DNA of 64,000 bases from Octopus vulgaris (GCA_951406725.2 OX597816.1:162874001-162938000), one strand, 5' to 3'; positions 13,223-31,331 are shown, counted from the stretch's first letter. Translations and numbers: made by a program. The notes: a model not told the origin generated them from the sequence alone.

Positions 13223-13956
13223 CAGTTATATAAATATCTGCAAGTATACACACAATACATATATATATTAATATTTGTCTATACACCCATATGTGCTCGA
13301 TATATGTATAAGCATGTATATGTATATATATATATATAATATTTAATGTATGAGTGGGTTTGAGTGTGTTTGTGTCTATATGTCTGGCAAATTTATGAAC
13401 CTAAAGTTTTGTAGAGAATCTTGTGCTATATTTTTGATAAAATGTGAAGAGGTGAAAGTGTAGACAAAACATAATGAATAAATATATGTACACCTGGTAA
13501 GAGACAGACAGGTCCGCTAAACTATCTCATTCTGTTGACAGGGTTTATGGAGGTCTAAACGATAGGTTTTTAAAGGCTATATACTATGTCACAGATGGAG
13601 AGAGGAAAATTATATAACACAGAAGAAAAAAAGGTTATTAGGAAGAGAAGAGAAACGGAATCAATTTGATGTGTACCAGTCGATCACGTAAAAACAGAGA
13701 TAAGAGTGTGCGTGTACGTGTGTAGACGGATACGCTGGCAGACAGACAGATAGACACGGTTGGCACACACATTTACATGAATATGTATATATGTAAGTAT
13801 GTATTATGTAAATGGGGTTAAGTTGCAACCTGTGTCCTTTTGAAGCACATCTGTTTATTCCAGTATTACAAATTAGTAGATATATTTTCGAGAGGTATGC
13901 ATGAGAGTTGAAAATTTTTGTTGAGTAATTTATATTTCAAAACAGGAGAGTGTACT

Positions 13957-14545
<589 letters not shown>

Positions 14546-14602
14546 ATATATATATATACTAGTATTTTTAAGCTTATTTCTACAGATTTACTATATAATG
14601 TT

Positions 14603-14966
14603 GAGGCACAATGGCTCAGTGGTTAGAGCAGCGAACTCGCGGTCGTGAGATCGCGGTTTCGATTCGCAGACCGGGCGTTGTGAATGTTTATTGAGTGAAA
14701 ACACCGAAAAGCTCCACGAGGCTCCGACAGGTGGGGGTGAACCCTGCGGTACTCTTTCACCACAACATTCTCTCACTCTTGCTTCCTGTTTCTGTTGTAC
14801 CTGTATTTTAAAGAGCCAACCTTGTCACACACTGTGTCACGCTGAGTCTCCCCGAGAGCTACGTTAAGGGTACATGTGTCTGCAGAGTGCACGTTATTTT
14901 CACGAGCAGGCTGTTCCGTTGATCGGATCAACTGGAACCCTCGTCGTCGTAACCGACGGACTACCA
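14603..14966 (+). mobile_element. Full-length tRNA-derived SINE family B
   Basis: A box TGGCTCAGTGG and B box GGTTTCGATTC. Colinear with 41641-42033. Confidence 0.85.
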
Positions 14967-15039
14967 CTATATAGTACAGAGCTAGCACCGAAACTTACAA
15001 CGTTTGGTATAGGAATACGTCTAAAGGACGTGTAACTAA

Positions 15040-15502
15040 CAATCAGAAGAATGCGTCAGCATGAAGTTAGAACATTAGGTGTTGTTACTTGGGCTCTTGG
15101 AATGATATGGAAAAGAGCAAACAAATATGTAGACCAAATTCCTGGCAGCCCTAACATAAGTGAATTGCAATAGACGGTACTTATGGGTACCTCCCATATT
15201 CTGCGTCAATCTGTCTCCATGTTGATGCAATCTTTCTCATTCGGTTTTATTATAAATTTTATAGAGAAGATTATTTTACATACAGATTCAGCATTTATTT
15301 TCTCTTTTCCGACAGCGTGGTCATTTCAGCTGTTTGAATCTTTAGATATAAATCTTTAGATATAAAATGTTTTCCTTTCATAAAGATATAAAATCTTTAG
15401 ATATAAGATGTTTTCCTTTGACGGGTTTGGTTGAGACTTAAGTGCTGCATGTATAAATTTCTGAAAAGCCAAACTATAACAACAACAACAACAATGATAA
15501 TG

Positions 15503-15535
<33 letters not shown>

Positions 15536-15740
15536 TTTTTTAAAAAATTTATGTATTAGACATTCACTAGTACAACACCAAAAAAAAAACCAAATATATG
15601 GCACACTAGGCATAAGAACAACGTGAACTTCCAACCTGTTGTCTCTTGAGGTCTCTGGGTGAGACTTGGAGCCAACTTGTACAGACATAAAGCAAAAGTC
15701 AAACATAGAATAATAATATTAATAATAATAATAATGATAA
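15040..15740 (+). mobile_element. Dong/R4-clade LINE 3' fragment ending in (TAA)n
   Basis: Translation VVTWALGMIWKRANKYVDQIPGSPNISELQ*TVLMGTSHILRQ resembles the C-terminus after the restriction-like endonuclease. A TAA tail follows. Confidence 0.7.
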
Positions 15741-16767
15741 TGATGATGATGATGATGATGATGAGGGTAATAATAATGATGTTTATTTTCGTTATTATCT
15801 AAGAAGGTTCGTTCCGTACTTTTGGAAATTCGCTGGGTATATCTCATATTTGCATCATTAGAATTTTGCTACCCTTAAGAAGGGCTCTAAATATCATTTT
15901 ATTAGCGGAAAAGACAGCTTCCTCCTCACTGAAAATCGGCGCTCCTTCAAAAGTTAAGAATTCCCCCTCTGCTGAGAGTGTCTACTCTTCGCATGATTTG
16001 CATGCTTCGCTGCATTTTCCTATTTTGTTATTTTAAGATAATTTTTGTTGTCGAATCTCATCCCATTTTTCCCTTTAGGAAGTTTATTTTTTTCATTATG
16101 GTTCCCATCCTTATATGTAGATGAGTTGGTATCATTACGAAGGAATACCTTCAAAAGAATGCGGCACCTCGAAGTAACAACATTACCTGTTGATAGTGGA
16201 GCAATAAGGAGTAAGCTGATATGTTGACCAAAGGCTGTTTAATTCTAGATGTTGCTTTGTTGTTGCTGTGGATGGCATGTTTTTCGCAAGCGTACTTGGA
16301 TTTTTGGACCCCTCTTTTCTTTTCCGATTCTTGACTAATGCCCAATCTTGCATTAGAACCTACAACCTTCATGTCACGTTGTTTTTGGTCACTTGAAATT
16401 CCTGTGAAGAAGAATTCTTAAATCAGTTTTGCCTCTACGTTTACCTTCGTTGCAGAACTTTAAATTCTTCTGCACTGTACACTCTAGAAGACACAGTCCT
16501 AGTATTGCTTAAGGTATCTTGAGAAGTATTCATGACCCTTTATATTCCATGGGGGTTCCACCCGATCACATATCACCAAATGCTACATCAGTGCTGAAAC
16601 CCTTTCTATAATGTGACATGGAGGTGACTACCAGCCAGAGATAGACACTATCTCCAATGTTCCTGACATTGACTCTTGCTTTTTTCCTACCCAAATACTG
16701 TGGAACCATCTATTTAGTCAGTGTATCGCTCAACATTTGAGCTTGAACTTTCACCCCTTCAGTCTTA

Positions 16768-16834
<67 letters not shown>

Positions 16835-17674
16835 CTCAGTGTCCTTTACCCGTGCCTATATAGTGCCTATATATAGTGTCATATACTCGTCCTCTCCAAA
16901 CGAAGGATAGTTGGCATAGAATATCTGCCAAACTGACACCAATTCGTGATTGGATAAGATCAAAAACCCTGCTGCATTTTTCTTAAGATAAGGTACCTTA
17001 CATTTCTCCTCTCCTGATTTTCTGTAACTGATTGCAGAAACCGCCATGGATTGATGTTCAGAAAGTAGGAAAATTTTCAATGTTCCGGAGAAATATTTCA
17101 TATCGAAGGTGTTTCTTTCCCGAAAGAACTCCAACAATTTACCGCTTTTCGTTGTTTGTATTTACGCCTAAAGCGCTACATGCATACATCTTATGGTTCT
17201 TCTCGCCGAGTAGATATCTTGATATCTACTCGGAGTAGCTATAATGTCAGTATTTTCATTTATTTTGGGCTTAATATTGCTATCCAACGCTGCAATTAGA
17301 AATGTTTTTTGCTTTGTTTGTTTGTTTTTTTATGCGTGAAATGTATTATAAGGTACACCTTCAATATATATATATATATATATTTTTTTTTTTGGAGACG
17401 TGACGTCAAATTTTCATTTGTCGATGAGGTGAGAGAAAAAAATTGTTTAAAAAATTGTTAAAAAGACAATATGAACCTTATTTTTCCTGTTGTCATTCCT
17501 ATTAAAGGGAACTCCAAAAGGTGCATGCGAGTATCTTTTGTAAAACACCGTTTCAGTGAGCAAAATTTTGCACTTGGGGGCGCAACACGAAAAAAAAAAA
17601 AAGAAATCAAGCATTCTTCGTGATTATCATCACCATCACCACCACCAGCACCACCCTCAGCAACAACAGCAATA

Positions 17675-18150
17675 AAGATAAGAAGAATGAGGATGAAGAG
17701 GAAGCGAACGAGGGAAAAAGGAAGAAGAGTTAGAAAAGAGGAAATAAAAGAAACATAAAAGAAACATAAGACATTAAAGAAGAAAGACGAGAAAAAATAG
17801 AAGAAGAACAACAACAACAAGGGGAGAAGACAAAGAAGTTGAAGAAGGAGGAGGAGAAGGAGGAGAGAAGAGAAGAAGGAAGGGTGAAAGAAAAAAGATG
17901 GCGGAAAAGAGAAAAACGAGAAGAAAGACGAAGAAGAGGAGTGGAGGAAGTTGTGGGAGAAGAGCGGGAAGAAAGAAGAATGGAAAGAGTGAAAGAGGAA
18001 TAAATGAAAGAGAATAGATATGAAAACAGTAAGGATAAGAATTACATAAGATAAGAGAGAAACAGAAGAATATCTTGGAAGAGAAAAATCGAAAATCAAA
18101 TCGAAAGCAAAAAAAATAATAAAAATCGAAAAAAAAAAGCGAAAGAGCTG
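17675..18150. repeat. Purine-rich (GAA/GGA/AAG) low-complexity tract
   Basis: Direct inspection. Confidence 0.85.
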
Positions 18151-18308
18151 GTGGGCAAAAATAAATAAATAAATAAATAAATAAATAAATTAGTAAATGA
18201 CTAAGAAAAAATATTTAATAAGAGAAACAAAATGCAAGTTCGCCTCTAGTTTCTTTTTATCCACACTAATACAGATGGAGATATAGACTTTCGCTAGCAC
18301 ATACATAA

Positions 18309-18357
<49 letters not shown>

Positions 18358-18540
18358 AGTATTTATACATATGTGTGTGTATGTATATATATGCGTATAT
18401 ATGTGTGTATATATATATATGCGTGTGTGTGTGTATATATACATATATGTGTGTGCATATATATATATGCGTATATATGTGTGTATATATATATATATAT
18501 GCGTGTGTGTGTATAAATACATATATGTGTGTGCATATAA

Positions 18541-18593
<53 letters not shown>

Positions 18594-18928
18594 CACTGCG
18601 AAATGGGAGAGAATGAAACGCATGAGAATAGTCAAAGAGAAAGAAAACCATTAGCAAAAGAAAAAAAAGAAAAAAAAAGATACCATTCCTGCATAAGGTG
18701 TGTGTGTGTGTGTGGAGGGGGTGGGTGGTAAATGTAAGAGGTGGGTAAGTGGGTTCAAATCGGGGTTTGGAGATCGTTAAGTTGTCAATAACATCTGGAG
18801 AATTTGGTTACAGACTCAATCAATGCCGATAATGATTTTCTTACTCAAAGCCAGGAATCGCAGAAAACGAGACTCAAATGTTCTATTGACTTGAAACGAA
18901 ATTATAACCAGAAAGTGCTTATGGACAT

Positions 18929-18977
<49 letters not shown>

Positions 18978-19530
18978 GGGGTGTTTGTGTATATATATAT
19001 ATGTGTGTGTGAATATATATATGTGTGTGTATATATATATGTATATAGTGTAATAAATAAAATATATGCATACATATAAACATATATGTACGTACCGACA
19101 TCTACATGTATATATACATGCATATATAAATATATATACGTATATATATACGTGTGTGTATATGTACATATATGTGTGTGTGCATATATATGTATATGCG
19201 TGTATGTATCTATGTATATCTGTATGTTTTTATTCACTTATGTATGATTGTGCGTGTATGCATGCATGTATGTATGTAAGTGTATGCGTTATGTATGAAT
19301 GAGTGCATGTGTTTATGTGTGTATGTTGCGTGAGCGCTGTGTATTTATATATGACATATCTACACGCAAATTAAATGCACACAAACACACACACGTGCAT
19401 ATATACATACATACATATATGTATATATATATGTATGTGTGTGTGTGTAGATACATGTATGAATACATATGATTATATATATATACATACATACAAATTA
19501 ATATATACATATAAATACATATGTATGTAT

Positions 19531-19598
<68 letters not shown>

Positions 19599-20166
19599 GC
19601 GTATGTATACGTATATAGTTATTTGCATCTATGAATGCTACGTATTAAAAATTCGCGTTCACTACGAACTTAAGTCATGTCTAACGATTTATCAATCAGT
19701 TTTTATAAATCATTAGGTGAAACTTGACAAATCAGTCAACACAAAAATGATATAATTAAGTAACAAATTTATTTCTGAACTCAGTATTGCGTATATCAGG
19801 AAATATGCCCCTGGTGTAGTTAAAATTGCTTTAAAACAATAAACCAAATTTAACATACCAGTGCATGCCTATCCACACACCCAGTCCCTGTGCACACACA
19901 CACGCGCGCGCGCGCGCGTGCACGCACACACACACACAGACATACACGTACACACACACAAACATACCCACAAATACACACGCACTCACATCATGATCAT
20001 TGTTACAATGAAGACATTTTAAATACATATATATATATATATATATATATGTGTGCCTGTGTATAAGTATATATTTATGTGTATTTATGCCTGTATCTAC
20101 ATACATACAATCACAAACACACACATATACATGTATATATATATATATAAACATATACATACATGC

Positions 20167-20226
<60 letters not shown>

Positions 20227-21551
20227 AGAGAGAGAGAGACAGTTGAAACACTCTTGTCACAACCTGGAACCTTGAAGACTGCTATAATGCATGAAAGTAT
20301 ACTAGTCCCTTAATATTTGATATTCAATATTTCATCTATTCAATAAGACAATCAATACTTCATTTCATTTTACTATATATATATTATTTATTCTATATAT
20401 TCTATATTCTACATTAATATTGTAAAGAATATAAATTAAACATAAAAACAGTCAGAGTTGGAATTACTTTGAATATATATATATATATATATATACGACG
20501 GGCGTCCTTTAGCTTCTGTCTACCAAATCCATAAATCCATTTACAAGGTTTTGGTTGGCCCAGTTCTATAGTAGAAACCATTTGTCCGGGAAAGCACACT
20601 ATGGGACTGAACCCAGAACCACGTGGATGGGGAGCAAACCTCTCACGGCACTGCCGCGGCAGTGACTCTAAATGTCTGACGGCCTGTCTCTTTACCCCCC
20701 TCTCTTATGTTTGCAGACATTCACACACACACTTACACACACACACACACATACTATATACATACCCAGAGAGAGACATATACTCATACACACACGTAAA
20801 TGTATACGACACCAGCCACAAACACACAAATACATTTGGATATAAACAATGTTTACGATATGAATGTAGTGCCATACAGACATATACTTCTACAGATATG
20901 CATGCATATAAGCATGTATGTAATTATATATCTGCAGCATTGCCTAAATATATTGTAACTCTGAAGAGAACGTAACATTTCGATTTCAAAGCATGAAGTC
21001 TTGACAATTTTCCTTCTGCTGATTAGGTGCTGTGGTATGCTAACGATGTTTTAGAGAGCCTTTTATCATGCTGATATAGCAAACATATTTCTTAAACTAT
21101 AATTACTGGTCATTGTTCAATGTTTGGATCCAACGTCTGTTGGGCAAATTATTTGAGAGCGCAATGGGATTTACGGAAGCCTAGAAGAGTAACTTTAGAA
21201 ATTTAAACAGTAAACGTTGCAGAGAGACATAGCGTAGGCATTGTTTATGCCTCGTTTATTCATCTGCATTCGTACACATGTTCGCACAAGTACATATGAA
21301 AATATATTTGCATACAGACATACACATGAAAATAAATGTATATAAACATACACACACGCACACACACATACAAACACATATATGCATGTACACGCCCATA
21401 TGTATACATATAGCTGTATATATATGTATACATGCACACATACATATTTCTATATGTTGGTATATGTAAATATTGGTATATGGGAACATTTATACGCATA
21501 TATACGTCTTTACATTTATATATGTGCGTATCTATCTATCTATCTATCTAC

Positions 21552-21647
<96 letters not shown>

Positions 21648-21919
21648 TAACTAGCTAGCTAGCTGTATATATATGTGTGTGTGTGTATAGTATATTATAT
21701 TTATATGTATATTTTTCTACTTATGTTTCTACACATTGCTTTCGCACAGGCACTCGCACACACTCATAAATGTGTATATAAATATATAGATATACTTAAT
21801 AGTATATATGAACATATTTACAAATATGTGTTTGTATTCGCGTCTATATTTTCGTACATTCATACGCATGCCTATATACATACATATACACACAAATTAT
21901 ATATATATATGTATGTATG

Positions 21920-21998
<79 letters not shown>

Positions 21999-22514
21999 GT
22001 ATTGGTATCGCACGTGTTATGTATATTCACGTTTATATCTAAGTCTCTGTTCTACGTTTTGTTCGTATATTTATATGCATTTCTATAAATGGTAAAAGTA
22101 AATTGCGAATCTACAATACTAGAATCGGTAAAATATCAGCAACATTTACTTGCAACACACAATGGAAGCATTCAGCATGATAATAATGCATAGTGTTACA
22201 ACATTAATGCATCTCTGTAATATTTACAACCAGAAAATTATATCAGTTTATAAATCTCATAAATAAACTCCGTGGAATTCAGGGTACGAGGTGCATTATT
22301 CCTTAGGATTTCATAAACTCGAGTTTAAAGTTGTATTATGAATAGTGATAATATACACTTACATGCATGCATACATACATGCATACATACATGCATACAT
22401 ACATACATACATACATACATACATACATACATACACACTCATACACACTCACATTCACAGATAGATGTATGTACACACGCACGAACTCACACGCACACAG
22501 GTGTATGTACATGT

Positions 22515-22594
<80 letters not shown>

Positions 22595-22854
22595 TATATG
22601 TATATACATATATACATATATATGTATATGTATGTACGCATTCATATATATATACATACATATATAAATGCATGTGTAGGTAAACATATATGTATATATA
22701 TGTATACAGATGTATATATATACCCATATATATACATGTACATGCACATAAATGTACTTATAAACCTTACAGAATTACATACAAATACACACACCGATAC
22801 ATATATATATACATACACATAAACACACATATATGTATATATACATATATGTAC

Positions 22855-22911
<57 letters not shown>

Positions 22912-24147
22912 TATATATATATGTACACATCTAACACGACCGATTTCGATATTGTTACTTTCGTTTATCAAATTCTATCTCGACTAGAAACCATGCTCGA
23001 AAGCACTTATCCAAATTGCAGCGTGAAGGATTCGAACCGAGAACCTCTTAGCTGCGCAGTTATTTTCTGCGTTCATAGCACGGCCATAGATATACTGCGA
23101 ACCGCAGCATTTGCCAAACAACTTCAATCCATTTAGAGCTGTATGAAGTTGGGTATTGTCTGATAAGTGGCACCACCACAGAAACAATATATTAGTTTTA
23201 ATAGGATACGAACCGATGACCTCTCGATTTCTTTTTTTACTGGTTGACCGAACCTTCTTGGCCATCGACATTTCCGGCCTCTCTGTCTCGTCGAAAGCAA
23301 TCGATAAATTTACTTGCTCACTGAACGTTCAATGCTGCTTAGCTCCTACTTTGAATGTGAGCCCGATGCATGTATATTCACGATATTGAAGATGCTATAG
23401 ATGGTATCGTTAAGCTAGTTAAAAACATCGACGTGGTGTTCGGCTACTTAAGACAATGAGGTTGAAGTCACTTATTGGAAGCTCTTCTGGCCTGTTGAGT
23501 AATTACAGAGGAAGCGGCGAGAATTTTGCGCCCACAGTGATAGTTATTGATGCAGCAAAATCAAGTGTCATGCAGCTATTTATCAACTCTATTAGAAGCG
23601 GCAATTACATTTATTAGCTGCCATACTTGAATTTTAATTACGACGAAACCAAGCAAAAACGATTTAATCCATAATACAGCAGTTAACAAATATAGAAGTT
23701 TTGCAAATTCAAATTTGCGAGTCTAATTTTTGTTTTGAGCTGTAGTGTAGATTTTGGGTAGTATTAGATTCCGATAAAATGGGTTATGTGCATCGGAGTT
23801 GTTCATCCTTTTCCAAAAGCTGTGTGTATATGTGAACCAGAATTATAAGTCGTTTTACAGTTTTACTAATATGGCAGTATCATGTGATTATGGTATAGTA
23901 AACAACAGTACTATAGTCCGATGGAGAAGAAATATGGTGGTGGAGGGTGGAGGAAGGATACAGTGGATTATAACCTATATGTACTTTATTTCATCGACCC
24001 CGGAAATAGGAAAGAAAATCAACACTGCTGTCATTTGAACTAAGAACGCACCTGTACGTACTTAAATACTGTAAAACAGCACTCTGTCGCTTCTATTGTC
24101 CAGAATTCTACAATAGTGATGATGATGATGAAAACAACAACAACAAC

Positions 24148-24210
<63 letters not shown>

Positions 24211-24213
<3 letters not shown>

Positions 24214-24770
24214 CCTGATGCAGTACCAGGCAGTGACTCTCATGGTTTCTGATCTTAACTGACTGGAAGTGTTATCCTGTACATTGTTTTGTCTTGGTAT
24301 AAAAGATGGGCTACAGCAAATATTCTGTTCAATACCACAGATTTGCTTGTCAGTTGTTTCACCATAACCAGTTGAGCATGTCCTTTGGTGTCTAACAATA
24401 TGTGCATCTCTGATCAAGAGCAGAAGTAGTGGGGGAGAATCATGGGTATGTATTGAGAGGAATTCTTTGAGGTTAGAATAATTCACTTCTGGAAACATGG
24501 GTCTTTCGTTCAAAATCCTTAAACAACCCTTATTCAGGGACCTTTTGAGTGGGATGGGTTATTCAACATGAAGAAAATTCTAACTGGGTCCCACCTGCAA
24601 GATCATGTACTGTTTATCTTGATATGAGATCACTATGTCGTGCACTTATGGTTGTGACGCAGGTGCCTGGTGTACCCTTATCAGACGGGTAGTCATGATG
24701 GTTGTATTGGGTTTCGTATAGTTGTACCCCAGTGTCACTTTGATGGCATGTGCTGCCCTCTCACTCAATG
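24211..24770 (+). mobile_element. Unclassified interspersed repeat between (TAA)n tracts (possible Dong/R4 3' UTR or partner SINE)
   Basis: Complex sequence bounded by TAA arrays on both sides, with no ORF similarity recognised. Single copy in this window. Confidence 0.35.
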
Positions 24771-25350
24771 GTAATAATAATAATAATAATTTTAGGACAA
24801 TACCTTGAGTTTTAGGCGGTATATCGGTAAGTCAATTACATTGACCCAAGTATTTGACTGATACCTCATTTTCTCGATTGTGAAAGGTTAAAAGGCAAAG
24901 TTATCCTCGGCGAGAAAGTAAAGAAATGCCGTACACAATTTGGTCCGACACGTTAGCATTTCTGTCAAATCATTGATTTAATGGGCTCAGTTTCTGACAC
25001 AAGGCCAAAAGTTTTGAGATGAGGGATCAGTCGATACGATAGACCCCAGTAGCACACTGATGATATCTTATCTTATTTATCCCGGAGGGATGAAAGAAAG
25101 ATAAAGTTGTCGCCAACTGGATTTGAACATAGCCGGAACAAATCGTGTAAAGAATTTTTTGTCGGCGCTCTAAAATTCTGCCACTCCATAATTATATGAA
25201 TATATATATATAATAAAATAGGGCAATAAAAAATAAATTATTATTACCAGTGACCTTGCACAAACTGTTAGAAGCACATGTAGACCTAACGGTTTGATAT
25301 ACATACATAACTGGGAGTGATGCATATATACTTGGAGTGATGCAATCACC

Positions 25351-25411
<61 letters not shown>

Positions 25412-26374
25412 CATGTATGTATGTATCTATCTATATATATATAATAAGAGAACGATATATATATGTATATATTTACGTATATACACCCAAACACACCACA
25501 CACCACACACACACACGCACACACACACACACACATGCTCACGCAGACATACAAACACACAAACATACGCACACACGTATGTGAAAATTTGCATACACAA
25601 GATTTAAATGCAAAAATGCAAACTTAAAAGTTTCATGCTTCTAATAATACAAGAATCGGACAAGTTTGGATAGCGTACCGAGTACTATCTTTGAATCATT
25701 CAGGCTCAAAACACATGGTTGTTCTGTGAGAAAATGAAAGAAAGAACGAGAAAGAACGACAGGAAAGACGTAAATGAAAATAGATGTTTACGTGCTCGCA
25801 TGCGTGGGCTTGTCAGGTTACTTGAGAGGTCTCTCATGTAAGCTACTGGTAAAATGGACTTTAGTACAACCTGCTGCACGATCGAGTCGACGGCGACTAA
25901 ACCGGCACCCTAACCAGGTTAGCCTGTCGAAGAGGGTTATTACAAACCTAGTTGGACTAAAACCAGTTCTTGTGAAAAGGACGGATGAACTTAATATAAC
26001 ATGGGCTCTCAGAAATTCCTGGTTGGTGTCTGGTGTGCTGGAAGGCCACTGTGAGTGATGCAGCCACCAGTTTTTATTAAAGTATGTCTCTGGGAAATGT
26101 TCTCTCTCATATAAAACCGGATATGCAGGGAATGACATTGGACAATTTGGGGACGTTTTTCTTGCACTTTAGATCATGGTACTCCCAAATTCCTGAGTCG
26201 GTGACTCATATTGGCACCGGATATCTTGTCTCGGTTTGTCTCCAGATCATCTTGATATGGTGAGTAGATGGTCTATAATGTGTTATGCAAAATTTATTGG
26301 ATCCCAAGTTTTGAACAAGAATTGCATTCTCATTGACAGTCATACTCACATACGGGTTGATAGCCATCATGTGT

Positions 26375-26438
<64 letters not shown>

Positions 26439-26504
26439 GTGTCTGTGTTTCTATCTGCATGTGTAAGTATGAGCGTGTGTTTGTGTGTATGTATCTATGT
26501 ATAC

Positions 26505-26876
26505 ACTTTTACTCTTTTATTTGTTTCAGTCACCCGACTGCGGCCGTACTGGAGCACCGCCTTTAGTCGAGCAAATCGACCCCAGGACTTATTCTGTGTA
26601 AGCCTAGTACTTATTCTATCGGTCTCTTTTGCCGAACCACTAAGTTACGGGGACGTAGGCACACCAGCGTCGGTTGTTAAGCGATGTGGTGGGGGTGGGG
26701 GCAAACACAGACACACATACATATACACATACATACACACACATATATATATATACATATATACGACGGGCTTCTTCAGTTTCCCTCTACCAAATACAAA
26801 GAATAAGTCCTGGGGTCGATTTGCTCGACTAAAGGCGGTGCTCCAGTATGGCCACAATCACATGACTGAAAACAAG
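26505..26876. mobile_element. SINE family C fragment with inverted duplication of its tail (26796-26876)
   Basis: 26520-26596 is the approximate reverse complement of 26797-26873. Confidence 0.75.
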
Positions 26877-27909
26877 TATATATATATACTTACATATATG
26901 TATGCATATACTTGTGTGTATGTCTGTAAACAGGGTAGTCAAGGCTAGAGCGTATTCTATCCTAAGTCTGCACAATTAAAGCTGACCTAAGTTTAAACCA
27001 CCATCCCCGTCACCCAACCCCATCACCACCACCCCGCCCCCACCATCTCCACCACCATCGCCTTTAACACGGCTACCACAGCAACCAGCACAATAACAAA
27101 CCCTATCGCCATCGCTAATAACACCTTCACATCCAATTAACGTTTCACCGAAGCCCTTGATACTTCTTTCATCTTGGCCGTATTTTACACTTTCCGGCAG
27201 TGTTTCCCCCTCTACAAGGACAAACCATGGTGTGACTATTCTATGTTTAATTCATCAGCTATGGACAACTTTATAGAAGGCATTTCTCTTTAGATTTCTT
27301 ACTCTAAGTAGCTGTTTATATTAGAGTTGGTGTCATGAATAATTTAATAGTGAAAAGCAAGTGTGTGTGTACCATAATTCATGGTAATATCGGTCCTTTT
27401 GAGGATGGAGTGGGTGAAGAGAAAGGCGAGGGCCCTGGGTTAAAAACAACAATAACAAAAGCAATAATAACAAAAACAATAACAAAAACTGTAACAACAA
27501 GAAAAATGCTGCCAGCGATTCTTTGTATTCTCTTAGCAAAACAATTAATTTTAGTAGACTGGAATATATATTGATCAAACTGACAAATATTTGTATTAGT
27601 AGATGCTGGGAATGTTACCTGTGAAATAACTAGCAATCAGAAGCAAAGAGGAGTTGCTGGAAAGAATGAGGAGTAGAAAGAAGTGGAGGAGGTGTCGCAT
27701 TATTTACTTAATATAAAGCAACATTCGGACGCATAAACACCAACTGAAGCCATAGACAGACTCAAAACACACATAAACGCACTCACCTATATAAGTACAA
27801 ATATTATTTAATACGCACACACGCAGACAGACATACATACATGCTAATATACATACCTATATACATACCTACATACATTTACCTATACACAGGCACATAC
27901 TACATATAT

Positions 27910-27980
<71 letters not shown>

Positions 27981-28020
27981 CATGTGTATATATTTATGTA
28001 TAACTATATATTTATATACT

Positions 28021-28225
28021 ATTTTACTCTTTTACTTGTTTCAGTCATTTGACTGAGGCCATGCTGGAGCATCGCCTTTAGTCGAGCAAATCGACACCAG
28101 GATTTATTCTTTGGAAGTCTAGTACTTATTCTATCGGTATCTTTTGCCGAACTGCTAATGTTACGGGGACGTAAACACACCAGCATCGGTTGCCTAGCGA
28201 TGTTGATGGGGGACAAGCAGACACA

Positions 28226-28293
<68 letters not shown>

Positions 28294-28463
28294 CATACAT
28301 ATATACGACGTGCTTCTTACAGATTCCGTCTACCAAATCCACTCACAAGGATTTGGTCTGCCCGAGGCTATAGTAGAAGACACTTGTCCAAGGTGCTACG
28401 CAGTGGGACTGAACCCGGAACCATGTGGTTGAGAAGCAAACTTCTTTTCCAGACAGCCACGCC
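28021..28463 (-). mobile_element. Full-length SINE family C
   Basis: Colinear with 5923-6326, with internal (CA)n(TA)n. Confidence 0.85.
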
Positions 28464-29695
28464 TGGAAAAAAAAAACAAATTACAAGGTGCCTCTGAGCT
28501 AAACAAAACGACATCGTCTCGGAAATGACTGTAGAAGTGAACGACAAATGGGCATTTCGTCGTTGTTGCGGCCTGTCAGTTTCAGGTGATCGTAGAATCG
28601 GTCACTCTGAAGTGTATAGAGGTAGCGTATAAACAATACATACATGCACATCGACACTACCTAGGCAGAATAAAATTTGAAATATTCAATAGAGACAGCT
28701 GTAGAGTAATATCTTTATTGTTATGGTTTAACGTAAATGTATCATTCACAGGATGCAGTTATACACACATACGCACACATGAAAACGTACACAGACATAC
28801 ACACGCATGCACGCGAATACACACACACACATACACATATGTGACGATGTGTGGTGGTTTAATGGTTAGGCTGTTTCGTTTACGATCGCTAGATTGTGGG
28901 TTACATTCGCAGACCGGACAATGTGCCATGTTCTTGAGCAAAACACTTCATTTCACGCTGCTCCAACTCCCTTTTCGATCTGTGGGGAATGCTAGCCAAC
29001 TCTCCTTGCCAGTAGGATGGCGTCATTCGAAGACTAAGATGATATAAAGCGTATCGTGACCACACACACACACACACATGAAAAAGCAGAAATGAGCCAA
29101 GACAAATAACTCTGAGTGACCATCCTCAGTTACTTCTCGTAGCGCATTTTTGTTGAAATCATGCAAATTATCTCGTCTTTATATGTTTTCTACACCATTT
29201 TGTATAAATCTAAGTCCCTTGCCTAATGACGATAAGATCGGACAACTGCCGTGCGGATGACGGTTATTGAGTCAGAAACACAAGTCCACGACTATCTTCT
29301 TATCTCCAGAGAATAAAGCAGTCCTTTATTTTAATGACATGTTTTAAGGAAATTGTCAACTCTTGAATTTCTCTTCCTTTCTAATATAGAGCTGGTCTTA
29401 ATAGCCATTTGGTAATTTTGATATGTCTTCTAGAGGCAGAGATAATTCTAATAAATCAGGAATTTACGTTGTGTGCCATTTGATATTCCTGTATTTGTAT
29501 GTATGTCCTGTATGTATGTATTTATATACGTATGTATGTCTGTGTGTATGTATGTGTGTGTATACATCTATCTATCAATCTCTATATATACACATACATA
29601 TACACATGATACAAACTTGCATATATGCGTATATATATGCACACGGACACATACAAATATGCATGTGCATATTTGTATATATATATATATGTATA

Positions 29696-31029
<1,334 letters not shown>

Positions 31030-31110
31030 TATACATACATACATACATACATACATACATACATACATACAACAAACACACACACATATATATATACATA
31101 CATATATATA

Positions 31111-31331
31111 TGGTAGAAACGTTAGCACGCCGGGCGAAATTCGTAGCCGTATTTCGTCTGTCGTTACGTTCCGAGTTCAAATTCCGCCGAGGTCGACTTT
31201 ACCTTTCATCCTTTCGGGGTCGATAAATTAAGTACCAGTTACGCACTGGGGTCGATGTAGTCGACTTAATCCGTTTGTCTGTCCTTGTTTGTCCCCTCTG
31301 TGTTTAGCCCCTTGTGGGTAGTAAAGAAATA
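31111..31331 (+). mobile_element. SINE family A (long-tail variant)
   Basis: Near-identical to 36468-36671 and 52468-52700. Confidence 0.85.

Noticed and set aside
16380-16765. Possible LINE ORF1 remnant (PQYLGRKKARVNVRNI)
   Set aside because: Too short and degenerate to assign.
23140-23600. Higher-complexity segment that might be coding
   Set aside because: No long frame or recognisable motif on either strand.
25780-26330. Possible decayed GIY-YIG C-terminus followed by a CUGACAA hammerhead-like motif on the minus strand
   Set aside because: Multiple core mismatches and only vague protein resemblance.
27133-27180. GAAACGUUA plus hairpin (similar partial motifs at ~5790, ~51670, ~61840)
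   Set aside because: No recognisable CUGANGA core or complete set of stems.
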